NCBI GenBank assembly: GCA_973895155.1
Contig: OZ316898.1
Coordinates: 17,908,752-17,972,751 of the forward strand
From: Marsupella aquatica
Lineage: Eukaryota; Plantae; Marchantiophyta
Direction of reading: 5' to 3'
Length of the DNA stretch: 64,000 nucleotides
Of the stretch, positions 1-12,392 are shown piece by piece. The translations under genes were made by a program, and so were the position numbers. The notes under the pieces were generated by a model, which was not told the DNA's origin, ran no database searches, and saw only the letters and a list, made by a program, of their open reading frames with translations. Within the stretch, counting starts at the first letter, position 1. The number at the start of each line of letters is the position of its first letter.

Positions 1-1164
1 CATTTTGCGTCAGGTAAAGCTCTCCTTGGAAGAAGCTGTCCAAAACAAAGGCCTCAGATTTGCCTGCCAGATGGGTTTCATTTTGGACATGAAGATCGAT
101 ATACAGCACACTGCCAATTGGAAAAATAAAATGTGCCAAATCGGGAGGGATCAAAGGCAGGAGATCCAATGAAGGGGAGAAATCAAAAGAAAATCGCCAA
201 GTAGACCAAAGAGCCTGAGAGGTCCCAACAAGTGTCCATAGAGAAACGACGAAGTGTAGTAACAATGAATTGTTTGAGAGGTCACGGAAGACAGATATGA
301 AAATCTCAAAAGCCTTCTCTCATTCATGAGAGCGCTGTTTATTTAGCCCTAGTTGGAAGTGCTGGAGCTTCTTTTGAGCTTCAATGGGGATCAAGCCCAC
401 AAGAATAGAAGTTTTTGAACAGGATCCACTAATCGGTGCCCACTTCACACATCATGCACAGACTGATGAAGTACTTCACCTGTAGCGAGAGATAATAATA
501 AGCTGATGTTGAGGAGACATGTAGGCTTTGGGATGGTGAAGAGGCCTAGGACCCGAGTGGTATCCTGAAGCTTGCTTGATAGATACTAAATATCTTGGCC
601 TTACCATACGATACTCAATCAAAGCGTTGTCCTGCCGTTCAAAAGCTGCAGTCTAATCCAAAGAGTCTTGGGAGGCGTGGCAGGGGTGAAGCTACCCGTG
701 CAAAGAAAGAGGCCTAGTTACTGCAGAAAACAGAGCGTACAATAAATATTTGTTAGTCACTTGGACGAGAGGTGACTCAATTCTACCTGCAAGCATCATC
801 AAAACCAAAGAAACGGTACATCTGAAATATCCAAGATATCCATGCGTGTTCACTCTTCCCATCCCACTTGATGCTATGACTAATGAGGACAGAAAATAGT
901 ATGGTGCTATGTGAAAAAAGATTTCATGTGTTCTAAACGCTTTGCAATACTTGGCCCGGACAAATTACAGCCATTGAGATTATACCATTGATCACAAGCA
1001 TCCTTGTTTAGCATGCTTTTCTCAGGGTAAGTGAGAATAGCACATTTAGAGTCTGTACAGCAAGTCCGACGACATTTTTGGTAGTCACTTACATATGAAC
1101 AAACTCACCTTTGTTCGTTCATACTAGTCAAAGAAGGTGCCAAATACACCCACTGCAAGTACAG

Positions 1165-4100
1165 TCAACACCAACTTGAGAGCATACGCTGATAAACCTG
1201 TGCCCCAACATATCGTAGAAACGTCTTAGCTACAGGATAGACTGTAGAGCAGCAGGACCACCAAGCAGATGCTAAGGAATCCAGTGAAATGGAATCATCT
1301 AATTTCAGTGAATATAATGGTGTTGTGTACGGGAAACTCATACATGGACATCGATTTCGACACTTACTTGACCCAACGGCACAACTCATCACTGAGGTAA
1401 CTGGTATTCGATTACTTTCAAGGTCCATGATGGTTTGTGAGACCAATGCCGATGTGCCCAAATACTGTCTTGTAAGCTGCGTAACTTCCCCTAGGCCCTG
1501 CGTACTGTCGATGACAGCAGTCAGCGTTGGCATTTGACGGGCCTCCAATTGATCTAATTACCAACACTGAGCACTTCAGAGCCTTTCCCTTTTCTTTTAT
1601 CAAATTCGCTCTAGGAACTTCTTCATTCCTTAGTTATTGTCAAGGACCAACTTGTTAACGAAATGGAAATATACCTCACAGACAGCATATAGTTCTGCCA
1701 GTTTCTTCCTGTGTAGAGGGACTCTGTCCACTTAGCTGCCAGCAGAGTTTTGATGATAGCTTGCTTTCGAGATACTGGTAAGGAATTTTGCGTCATCACA
1801 ACATTGGCCGGAACATTGGCAAACCTAGGACAGAGTTTTATAATGAAGTTAGAATTCTTGTTTATGTAAACCTGTCGCGGAGATGGGCCAAGAAATTCAA
1901 TCTGGAATGCCGTCAAGGGCACTAACATTCATGCAGAAGACCAATCAGCTTCCATGCAAGAATGACAGGAAAGTTTAGATTGTCAACGTCATATACTATG
2001 TCATTACTTTCCGTGGTGAGTTTAGCACTACGAAATACCATTTTTTTTCTTCTCTTTTTCTCTTGAAAAATTTAATTCAGCAGGGATCAAACCTACAGGT
2101 CAAGAACATGAACATAAGCCTACAATTACTATAACTCACGCATCAACATCATTCAAAGACAGGACTTTAGAAGATGCTTGGAGAGCTTACTGGCAGCTAC
2201 CATAATTGTCATTGATTGCCTTGCATCCTCCTGATGGGCACAAGTACCTGCGACCAACCCACCCAGCAGACGTTGATATATCTCACTGAAACTTACAAGT
2301 TGATGGACTAGATTTTTGTATATGTGTCCAGGACTACTGTGACAGTACCACCAAGCTACAGATGGCTCGACCAGCGGCAGGGGAACGGAGAAGCAGATGC
2401 ACTACGCATAGATATACGAGAGTTGTCTAGATATCCAGATAGATACAAAGAGCGTTCAAATTCACGTTCGCGAGTCAGACCGAATTCAGGCCCATCTACA
2501 GCACCTCAGAGTATCGAAATCCTTAGAGAAGTATACCCAACACAAGACTTGGCAAAAACTCTCTTGAGCTGGAAAATACGTCAAAGTGGCTTAACCTTCG
2601 ACTTTTGTCCTTTCTACTGTTTCTAGGGACTTACATGAATTCATCTACCGATTTGGTTGACCATGTTTGATTGTTGAGACCATCACTTGAGTATAAAGTA
2701 GGAGTCTCCGCCCTTAGAAATGCAATATCTCCGCTTCCATCCATAAGACATCGGAATGCACCATCCTCTCCTGTGTACTCATTGTAGCTACTTGAGCAAA
2801 ACGAACTGTTGTCCTGATTGCCACATCCAGTGCAGATTCCACCTTCTCCCAGCTCAGAAGGCGCACAACTTTCCGAGAAGAAGCTGGAAAGCACTTTGAC
2901 ATCACTTGGCATGGACTCATCATTCAGGACTTGAGTATCCACCGGAACACCGTTACGAAGGGCCTGAACAGGGTAGTTCCAACCGACAGCAGAGAGGTAC
3001 CCGGAATGGCAGGATTTAAGAGTTTTATAATCTTCCAGCTTGAGGTTTGGGTTGTCATCGCACATCTTCTTATTGACCACTGCAACTGCACCATAGAACT
3101 GAGCATGGAAGGTGTACTCTTCGGCCAGAATGGCTTTCATCGAGTAGTTTAGAAAGGCAACGTAGGCCAATCCTGCTTCTAAAGACATCAAATTCGCCTC
3201 CCCTTTTTGGATCGCCTCCATGCATTGTCCTTTGCTCTCCCTCAATACACTGCAAGGATAGGATCAAAACTCATGAATTTGGGGGCCGGTTTCCAATCAC
3301 CAAAATCAGCGTAATCAAATAGATATACACAACTAGTAAGGATGTCAACAGATAGCACCCAAAGATGAAGGAAAAGAAGTTTGTCGGAAGATAATTACCA
3401 GGTCCAAGAGAGGTGTGGAGTGCTGAGCTGGCTTGTATATGTCAAGCAATCTTCGAATTCAGTCCTCACGGCACACCATCTAACATCGGCTGCAAAATCT
3501 GCGGCTGCTGGACCTGATTTGTAGAAGTGGACAAATATGCTTCAAACTTATACAACCCCATGACCAACAGGCATGCACTGACAAAAAAATCTACCCCGAT
3601 AACGGAGTGGAGCAAAATATCCACTCATGTAACGTTTTTAGTTGAGAATCACCGCGCAGAGATGAAATGATTCAAATTCCACTCAGTCCAAAAAAGAAGG
3701 AGAAACGAAGCTGTAATAGGTTTGAACTACCTGCCGGGGCGTGAAATAGATTGAACGAGTGCGTGAAAGTGCATTAATGGATTAGATTTAGGAGGCATTT
3801 ATTAGTCAAAGTAGGCGGCAATAAGACCGCCAAACATAGCAACATCGAGTTATTGATCAACGAGCACCAAACTCTACTAGATCCAAGCAGAGTTGGATTT
3901 GAAGCCTAATAGAACTGGAGAGAATTTGTTGTCTGATTGGTATCTGAGTACTTGCAGCACGAGAGATAGAGCTGTGGGGCGGAGGGCTAGCGCTGACAAA
4001 GAAATAGCTGTGGTGACTAACGATCACATTCAATACGCTGCTGCGAAATTCCGTGCCCACCGATTTCAAATCCAAATATTGAATGTGATCGCAGGAATGG

Positions 4101-5145
4101 ATATAAATCCAACCATGATAGATCGGACCATATACCTACAAGACAGAGAGGGTGAGAGATGTACCTGGCGATTGAATAGCTGGGCCGGGAGATTCCTGTG
4201 GGGAAAGGCCATTCTCGAGGCCATTTAGAGCTGGAACTGGAGCTGGGACTCGTGCTGGAACTGGAGCCGGAATTGGAGCAAGGTTGGCAGGAGGAGAAAT
4301 TATTCCAGAAGTTGGAGCACGAGGGGACCCAAACGGCGATGGACCGCCTGCCTCTAGCCCAGGTTGCGGTCCAGGCGCATAATCAGGGGCTGCACACACA
4401 ATTGCACACATAAAAATCAGGTACGATTAATCCCCTCATAAATTCGTCTGGAGCACCGGAACATCAACAGTTATGCTCTAATGAATGCAAGTAAACACTT
4501 TATACTCTAGTAAAATTCCTAAATCCTAAAATCGGTGCTCTTCCTCCCGGTTATCATGAACTGCAAACCCAGGATCGATCTTCATGTCATTTCTGCCTAA
4601 TTGAGTAACAAGGAGCACTTCGTGAAGTCACTTTGATCACATTTTATTCCCGTTCTTCACCGATGCGTTATTCCTTAAGGACAATCCACCGACATGCAAC
4701 AGCTATACTTAGAAAACTTTGAACACATTCGGAGATAGGAAAGCAACAATTGCTTGGTCGAAGCTGGCGTGATTCCTGATCTAAATGTAGACAAAACAAA
4801 ATTTTATCAAGAACTGCTCAAGGTTCTAAAGAAGAGAACCAACTGAGAAGATTTCGTCGGTGGACTTAATTGAATAACAAGTTGGCTATCTCATAAAGTT
4901 CATCACGCAAATATATAGATGAAGACCATTCCTCTGATATGCATAGATTGGGTTCCTTAAACAGTCCCTTGCAATCAATAACTCATCACAGCACGAAGCA
5001 TTCTACAATGCAGAGAGGTATTTATTAGATCAGTGAAATTTGATTAAGACTGTTCACATTTAAGAATCCCAATACATGCCGAGCAAGAAAAGGACCCACA
5101 TTGTGCAGAAGCTGTGGCTGCCAGCAGCAGAAGAAGCACCCACAT
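1165..5145 (-). CDS. Secreted single-lobe transferrin-family protein with N-terminal Pro/Ala-rich (AGP-like) region
   Basis: Phase-compatible GT-AG exons: 5145-5100 (signal peptide MWVLLLLLAATASAQ), 4389-4165 (Pro-rich), 3513-3399 (VRWCAV), 3249-2635 (LEAGLAY, FYGAVAVV, KSCHSG...GWNYP, YTGEDGAFRCLMDGSGDIAFL), 2247-2191 (YLCPSG), 1824-1675 approx. (FANVPANVVM), 1504-1165. These are diagnostic transferrin-lobe motifs. The last exon and stop codon are less certain. Confidence 0.88.
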
Positions 5146-7239
5146 TCTGCATCCACCTTGTAAGACCACCTCGCAGATAATCAGCTATTGTACATACAGG
5201 AGTTCTCCAGCTAGTCTGAGCTCGACAAGCTAGACGAGTGTATCCATGATGACCAGGCAGATATGATGACTTTCCCCAAAGGACAAAGGTAGATTGTCAA
5301 CGGGGAGACTCCAGCCTTGGAGATTGTTAGGAGGTCGAGGAGATGAATGACTGGTTTGACAGGTCGGATGGGATGGGTTGGACTGCGAAGGAGCAGTTAG
5401 GAAAGACCTTTGCCACGAGTTTGAAGAAAGCTAGGACCAACTGCTCTGGACGAGCTGGACTCAAGATCTGGACAAACGAATGCAGGTATCAGCTACACAT
5501 TTACCCGGAAAGTAGCGAGAATTTCTGTAGGAGGAGCATTTACCCGGAAACTAACGGGAAATTCTGTAGGAGGAGGAGCTCTAATAAACTTTAAAATAGA
5601 CTAGCAAATGCACATCCTTCAATTATTATAGAATGGAAAAAGCATCAAAGGATGCAGGAGCGACATGAGTCTCAAGAATGGTCTAAGGGCCCAATCCTCC
5701 GACTGGCGCATCTATCAATGTTGGCAAGAAAAAACAAGCAGTTAATGAACTTCGAGCCAGCACGAGATATCGACAAGAGTAAGAAGGCATAAAAGGGGTG
5801 GACTCGATTAGGATGGCAGAGCATTGTAGGACGGAGTAGGAAGGCCTGCAAGCTCCTTTGCCTGGGCAACCCCGTACAGCAGGGGCGTGAGTGTGTGTTT
5901 ACTGAAAGTGGCAAACTGGCTGGCTGCTGGCTGGCAGGGAGGGGACAGGTTGCAAATCCAGGAACAATGTCTACATAATCATCATAGACAAGCTTGTTCT
6001 CGTATACACACAGTTACAAGCATCATAGACCAGCTTGTTCTTCGTACATAGTCATCCAAAGCTCTACGACTCTAGGTGCAGAGTCTGCCAAAACGGAGCA
6101 ATAATTGAGCTGACGGATTCACCTGTAGATTGAGCACATGCATATGGAAAGCTGGAGTGAATAATTGTGTTCACTGTCACTCTCCACCAGCGTTCTGTTT
6201 AGCTCCAAAATTTTGCCAAGGTTCCACCTCACTGGACAGTGTTCTACAGTACGGTTTTCGCAAAAATTAGCCAGGCTTTTTTGTCTAAGATTAGCGAATT
6301 TCCCACCTAGTCACAGACCCCACTAAGCTGACTCTGACGGTTGTCCTGAAATTTAGGAAAATCTCAGTCAGAGATTCATACGAGAAGTAGATAAAGAATG
6401 TTCTTAGAATCGTGTCCATCACATCAAAAAGATATTAAAAACTAACCCCGGGAAACAAAAACTGCAAAACTACACTGCTCTCCACATACAGAAGTACTCT
6501 GAGTAATTAATGTGAAAGACATAGGTCCATAGTCTCAAAACATTGAGAGGACTCAAAGATATGGTGATGAGATTTCAACTGATGTTGCACTAATGTTCTT
6601 TGGATTTGAACGGGTTTTATTAGTGGGCACAATCTTGTTTCACCACAGCTCAAGCAAGAGCTGTAGATACTATTACAATCCAAGCAAACAGGAACTTTAT
6701 TCACAATACTATACATTAATCTCATAGGAGGAAGAAACCTTGAATTTCCACCACTTTGCTGAGAAAGATAGTCCCTCTCTAGCCAAAAACTTGGTTTCAA
6801 ATGCCTTCAATTTGGTGTCATTTTTTAGAAAACCCCAATATACACTTAGTGAACCCCCAAGCATCGGAGATTCAATTTCCAAAACCCAACTATACTGTTC
6901 ACTTTAATTAGTGTTACATACACTAATTTGAGAGCCAATAGCTGCGGGCTTTACCCATGAATTATTGTTGCTCACACCAATTCCACGCCCATGAATTTAG
7001 TGTAACTTTGGTCGCAAGAGTGGAGAATAGTGGGGGGAAACTATTTTGGAAATACACAAGATTAGTGTTACTCTGGACTCAACATCCACCCATTGTTTAC
7101 CAGCAGTTAAAACATAATTGAAAAAAAACATTTTGAAAAACTGACCAAATTTAGTGTTACTTTGGACTCAAGATCACTTTCACCAAAATGAGGCTCAGGG
7201 TGGCTCAGGCAGACAGTTATAATAGAAAGGGTGTATAGG

Positions 7240-8040
7240 TGGATCTGATTGTGCAAAAAAAAGTTGTTTTAATTTTAGATGTTGGGCTAGGATTGGGTTT
7301 TTAGTATTTGTGATTTGGCTGGATAAAGGAGTATAGAGTACTAGCCCGATGCTTGTGCATTGCACAAAAAATGTTGAGGTGAGAAAAGATGTCAAGCTGA
7401 CGAAAAGATGTTAAGGTGAAAAGATGTTCATGACAGAAAGAGATGTTGCAGTGAGGAAAAGATTTCGAGGAGGGAAAAGATGTTGAGGGTGACGGAAAGA
7501 TGTTGTGGTGAGATAACGATGTGGAGGTCAGAAAAGATGTCGAGGTGAAGAAAATATGTCAAGGTGAGGAACAGATGTCAAGCCACTTGAGAAAAGATGT
7601 CAAGGAAGGAAAAAAGATGTTGAAAAAAAAATATTGAGAGACTGGGAAAAAAAAGTCATAGTGAGATAAAAGAATGTGAGAAAAAATGACAAAATGATAA
7701 AAAGATGTCAAGGCAAAATAAAGTTATTGTGGTGGTGTTCAATAACCTGTGCATTGCACATAGAAATTGGAAACACAAGATCACGACCACCGCATCATAG
7801 AGTCCAAGCACAACCAAATGATAAGAATTAAAATAATTATTCTATTTGTATTTTACTCAAGTTTATAAATAAAATAAAGCTAACTTATTTTAATTAAATT
7901 TAAATTGATTTTTTCTCTCGTTCAGGTTAGGGCAGGCTACGGGCCTATGGTTCTGATGGTGCCAGAAAAACCAATTTTTATTGAAGGGCTAGGATGGTTC
8001 CTATTTTTTCTTGAGTTTGTAAGCGAGGAAGGACCTTGCT
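7240..8040 (+). mobile_element. Dispersed repeat family X, copy 1 (non-autonomous element with AAAGATGT minisatellite)
   Basis: Degenerate ~17-18 bp units containing AAAAGATGT(T/C), followed by GTGTTCAATAA..CACATAGAAATTGGAAACACAAGAT..TCATAGAGTCCAAGCACAACCAA. The same blocks recur at 29.5-30.8 kb and inverted at ~21 kb and ~42 kb. Boundaries approximate. Confidence 0.7.
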
Positions 8041-8565
8041 ACAAGACCACCTATCTAATCATATTATGAATGAACATGTTACATATAGTAATTCTTCAAT
8101 AGAGCAAGTGGTAGAGGAGCATGACCCTCTTGGATCACCAAAGGATATGGAGCACACCATCAACACGAATGTCTAACAGAGTAGTAACGTACAACCGGGC
8201 GTTAAAGATCGTGGACAATAAAATAATCCCAGATGTATTTTCATCCACTTCAATGAGATACATGTTTTCTCCTTCCTTGGTAAGATGATGGAAGTAATGC
8301 ACTCCAAGTTTAACACAGGAAAAATCTTTCACGCCACCTTAAAGAATCAGCTCACCAATCTGACCCTCACCATCAACAGGATTGAGCAGTAACCACAACA
8401 CATTATGTTTTAAATCTGTAACTTGACACCTACCCCCTCCACACCTGGTCATTCATGATTCAAGAGGGCTTTTGTTGACTCATGAAAGGCATCTTTGCCA
8501 ATTTTGAGACATTTGAAGACCTAATGAATTGCGTACCTCAATTGACAGGTAATTGTTTCATATTG

Positions 8566-8964
8566 TGTTAACTTCCAACTTGCACAGAATGTCTTGTTTG
8601 TTGAGTAGAACTGCCATTACTCATAAGATAACATGCTCATGTGCAACATAAGCAACACTCACCAATTACACAAGTAGTTCACATAGGAGATATGTGGTTT
8701 ACCTCACTAGAGGTTTCGTTCACAGGAACACACACAAGAAAGCTTCTAGAACTCTAAGCCCGTAGGCCATACTGAGTCTCCACTGACTAAGCTCTTCCTA
8801 TGTCCCAACTAGTTCCATAACACTGAGCCTAAGTTCCGCTCACTAACTAAGTCTTGCTTCTAGTGTAAATAGTAGTTACACATCTAACTGTAACTAAACA
8901 CCTGATTATGGCTCAACTAACTGTGGTTACATAGTAACTCTAGACCTAGAGTAAATGCTTGACA
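8566..8964 (-). mobile_element. Possible solo LTR
   Basis: About 400 bp bounded by TG...CA, with CTAACT/GTTAG-rich composition and a TATA-like box on the minus strand. No clean 5-bp TSD found. Confidence 0.3.
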
Positions 8965-11739
8965 TTATTAGTTCAACAAAGCTTTGGAGTTCTTTGCCCT
9001 CACTACCTTTGTTTTTACCAGCTTTGTGATGAAATGCAGGATCTCAAAGTAGATTGACCATTGCACCCTTCGCCCCACTAAGAGTAAACCCCCAAAACTT
9101 AGAGTGTATAAAAATTTTAATATTAATTTAAAAATTTCCAATAGCAACAAGTTGACCGCTGAACAACTCAGACCATCCATGCCCATAACAATAAAAACTA
9201 TTCTTTTATGATTGGTTGAGTAAAACATTGTGACTATTTGTTCCATTCATGACTTTTCAGCTCTCAGCTCCCATCTCACATTGATTCATAGTTTCCCTTA
9301 GTTTTCCTTTCCCGTGTACACTGGCTAATAAATTTAAACAGTCCATGGGCTGGGCAAGGACAAATTTTTCAGTCTATCCAACTTCAATTTCAGCAAAGTT
9401 AAAATGTTTTGAATGGGTACACTAGATATTAGTTTATGGACCCTCGCTTTAATGCTTGTGAGCAAACTAAGAAATGCTCTCCCACAAAGGTTGTTATTTT
9501 CCAAGCACTACCCTTGACTCACCATGGATTTAAATTGAGGAGACCAGCCCGTGAAGGGCAGATTCTTCTGGAATGAAGGGAGATATTGAAAGTCTCCCTT
9601 GATATGGAAATGGGAAACTTTAATTGAATAAATGTGTAAAAGTTGTTGGATATCAAGGAAGACAAAACTTCTCCATAAAGTGGTCAGTCTAGGGTGAATC
9701 AATCATTATTTTCACTTGAATTCAGGGTGAGTTATCATTTGAAAGCAGCGACTTACGTTTAGAAATCAGGCTCAAACTGCAAGTAGGTCGTGGGAGGTGC
9801 TTCACCCTAAGTCGTCAGGAGTTCCAAATAAGACAAAGTCATCCTAAGCTATTTGTTAATTCACCCTCACTCTTGTGGCATTTGCAGATAATCAATAGTT
9901 GGTCTGTCTACCAATCTTCCATCCAGGTCATTGCTTATTGTTAGTCTATTGAAAGTCCACTTTCTGGATAGAGAAGAGTGTAAATGGATAAATGTGTAAA
10001 AGGTGTGAGGGGGGTTGTTTAGTTCACCTGCTGGGTCCATGGGAGCATCCTTCTCCAAGTGTTTTGTTGCCAATCGTAAAAACAAATATGCATCAACTTT
10101 CAAAGATTTCTCTTCATCCGTCCGTTTTAATCGCACGTGTTAGATTACTACTCGTTGAGGCTGCTAAGGCACTGGCCCACGTAGACACTATTTTCTAGGC
10201 CATGGTAAGTAACATACTACATGCGCACTGCAAAAATGATGCAAACCTCGGACTTAGGCTATGCCAGCGAAATACAAACGTTTGCTGTACTTGTCATCAC
10301 TGATGCATGTGTGCTGGCTTACATGTGCATGGGGCATGACAGTGGCTTTGTCACCTTATGACAAGTGGCGTTGCCATCTGAGACAAGTGGCGTTGCCACC
10401 TCATGACTATGGCCAAGGTAAGTAAATTGCACGCAACACAACAATGAACTAACAGAATGCACCTCAGGCATCATGGCTTACATGTATAGCTAATACATCT
10501 TACACGTAAGGACACGTAAGGTCAGGAAAGGTGCAGCGAGTAGGGTAGGGTGGGCACGTCCCTTATATATGACCCTACTACTGGGAGAATCTTCCCAAAA
10601 GAGAAATGTTTGACACATCTAACAAACAAAAATATATATCCAACTGCAAACGCACCCAAACGGGAGACACAATCCCACAGGTGAAATTCCCAATCAAGGT
10701 GAGCCAACCAAACAAAAAAGGAACAACTTCCACCAAAACTTGTAAATCAAGGAAAAAAAACAAAGTACAATGAAAGGAAAGAAAACGGGGCCCAAAGAAG
10801 ACAAACAACCAAACAAGGAGAAAGCAATTGGGAGAAAAACCTCTGGACCAGCAACAGCCAGGGAATTCTCACGATGGCAAGAGAACTAAGGCCATAATGA
10901 GAACCACCAATCTACAGTTACATATGGAGAGAATTGTGCTCAAATAGGCTGAAAGGCTATGCTGTGTGGAATCCCAATAAATTTATCAATCATATGCACT
11001 GCATCGTCCTAGTCGGAGGGATTTTCTTGGCCCATAGGCCCTACCATCCATCCAAAACAGCCAAAATCAAATCAATTCAGGCTTAGTTTTTTGAGTTTAT
11101 TGAAATACTAGAACTACTCACTTTTTCCTCTTGAGCCAAAGATTCACAACCCTGATACTCAGCCTGAAAGCAAAGAGAATCTTCCCAAGAGGGAATGCAT
11201 TTGTGGGAGTGAATATCAGAGTTATACAAGTGGCTAAAACCAGATGAATCAAACAAAATCTTGATTCAAGTTAAGGGTGGGTTACTACTTGGTATCAACT
11301 ATTGTTCAATACCTGGGTTAAACTCAAGTGACGTTTTCTGGGTTAAGTAAACACTCTCCAAATTTTATGGTTACTCATTTTAAGCCTGTACATGATGGGA
11401 GCGGGTCAGGTGTTTAGCATCCTCTCCATTTCCATACAACTCTATTCTAGTTTGAAATCCTAGCACCCACTTTGCTCACATTTTGAGTGGTTCTGAGACT
11501 TCACAAGAGCAGCCTACACTCCTAATCCTACGGCAGAGAGAAAGAAACAATGTTTTGAGCTGAAATTTGCTATATGCTGAGCTATTGCATAGGGAAGTAG
11601 ACTCTTGTGACTTTTTTGTCAAAGCGTTACATTCATCTGGAATCCTGACTTGCACTAGTCAGTCAACCAGCCTAGTGTAGTGCGTATGGCTGTCTGTGAG
11701 GTATTGTATGATGCGAGTAGAAAGGAAATTTTGCTAGCT

Positions 11740-11990
11740 AGTCACACAAGTGGTTCATAGTGCCTTTTAGATTGGCTGACTTTTGCATTTCTAAGACTCC
11801 ATATGCTAAGCCTTCGCCAACCAAAAGAGGAGTTAAAATTGGTTTTACTGAAAATGACACAAAAGTTAAGATATATGAACCCAAGTTTTGGCTAGCTAGG
11901 GGCTAAGTTTGCTAGCAAAGAGGTGTTTATTTAGGGGTTTTCCCTCCTAAGAGAAAAAAAAAAGTACGGTACTCTGAGTAATTTGTTCCC
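11740..11990 (+). repeat. Dispersed repeat family Y
   Basis: TTTTGCATTTCT..GACTCCATATGC..CCAAAAGAGGAGT..AAAATTGG block is shared with ~43770-43995. Part of it appears inverted at ~6779-6835. Confidence 0.6.
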
Positions 11991-12116
11991 TCGCAACAGG
12001 ATTGGTTTTTGGGTTTGCTTGCACACTACTACCACCCGCTGTCTGTCTACGCACCTGCCAAGTCAGCCACACTAGTCTAGGGAGAGATACTTGGCCCAAT
12101 GAAATTTGAGGTACCC

Positions 12117-12392
12117 TGATTTAAGGTCTATCAAGGGTAGGGAAAACTCATGGGGTCCATCAAGAATTGATTTAAGGTCTATCAAGGGTAGGGAAAACTC
12201 ATAGGGAAAACTCATGGGGTCCATCAAGAATTGATTTAAGGTTTATCAAGGGTAGGGAAAACTCATGGGGTCCATCAAGAATTGATTTAAGGTCTATCAA
12301 GGGTAGGGATCACTCATGGGGTCCATCAAGAATATCTCTCCTACCTGCTGCTGTAGTCCTTTTCATTTTGGGGGTCCATCAAGAATATCTCT
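12117..12392 (+). repeat. Tandem array of a 51-bp unit (4 copies plus a partial)
   Basis: Unit TGATTTAAGGTCTATCAAGGGTAGGGAAAACTCATGGGGTCCATCAAGAAT at 12117, 12168, 12232 and 12283. Copy 2 has an internal 13-bp duplication. Related monomer at ~46343-46430. Confidence 0.9.

Noticed and set aside
12117-12392. CRISPR-like array (also considered for 28280-28760 and 30190-30470)
   Set aside because: Units are head-to-tail or have related rather than unique spacers. The context is eukaryotic and there are no cas genes.
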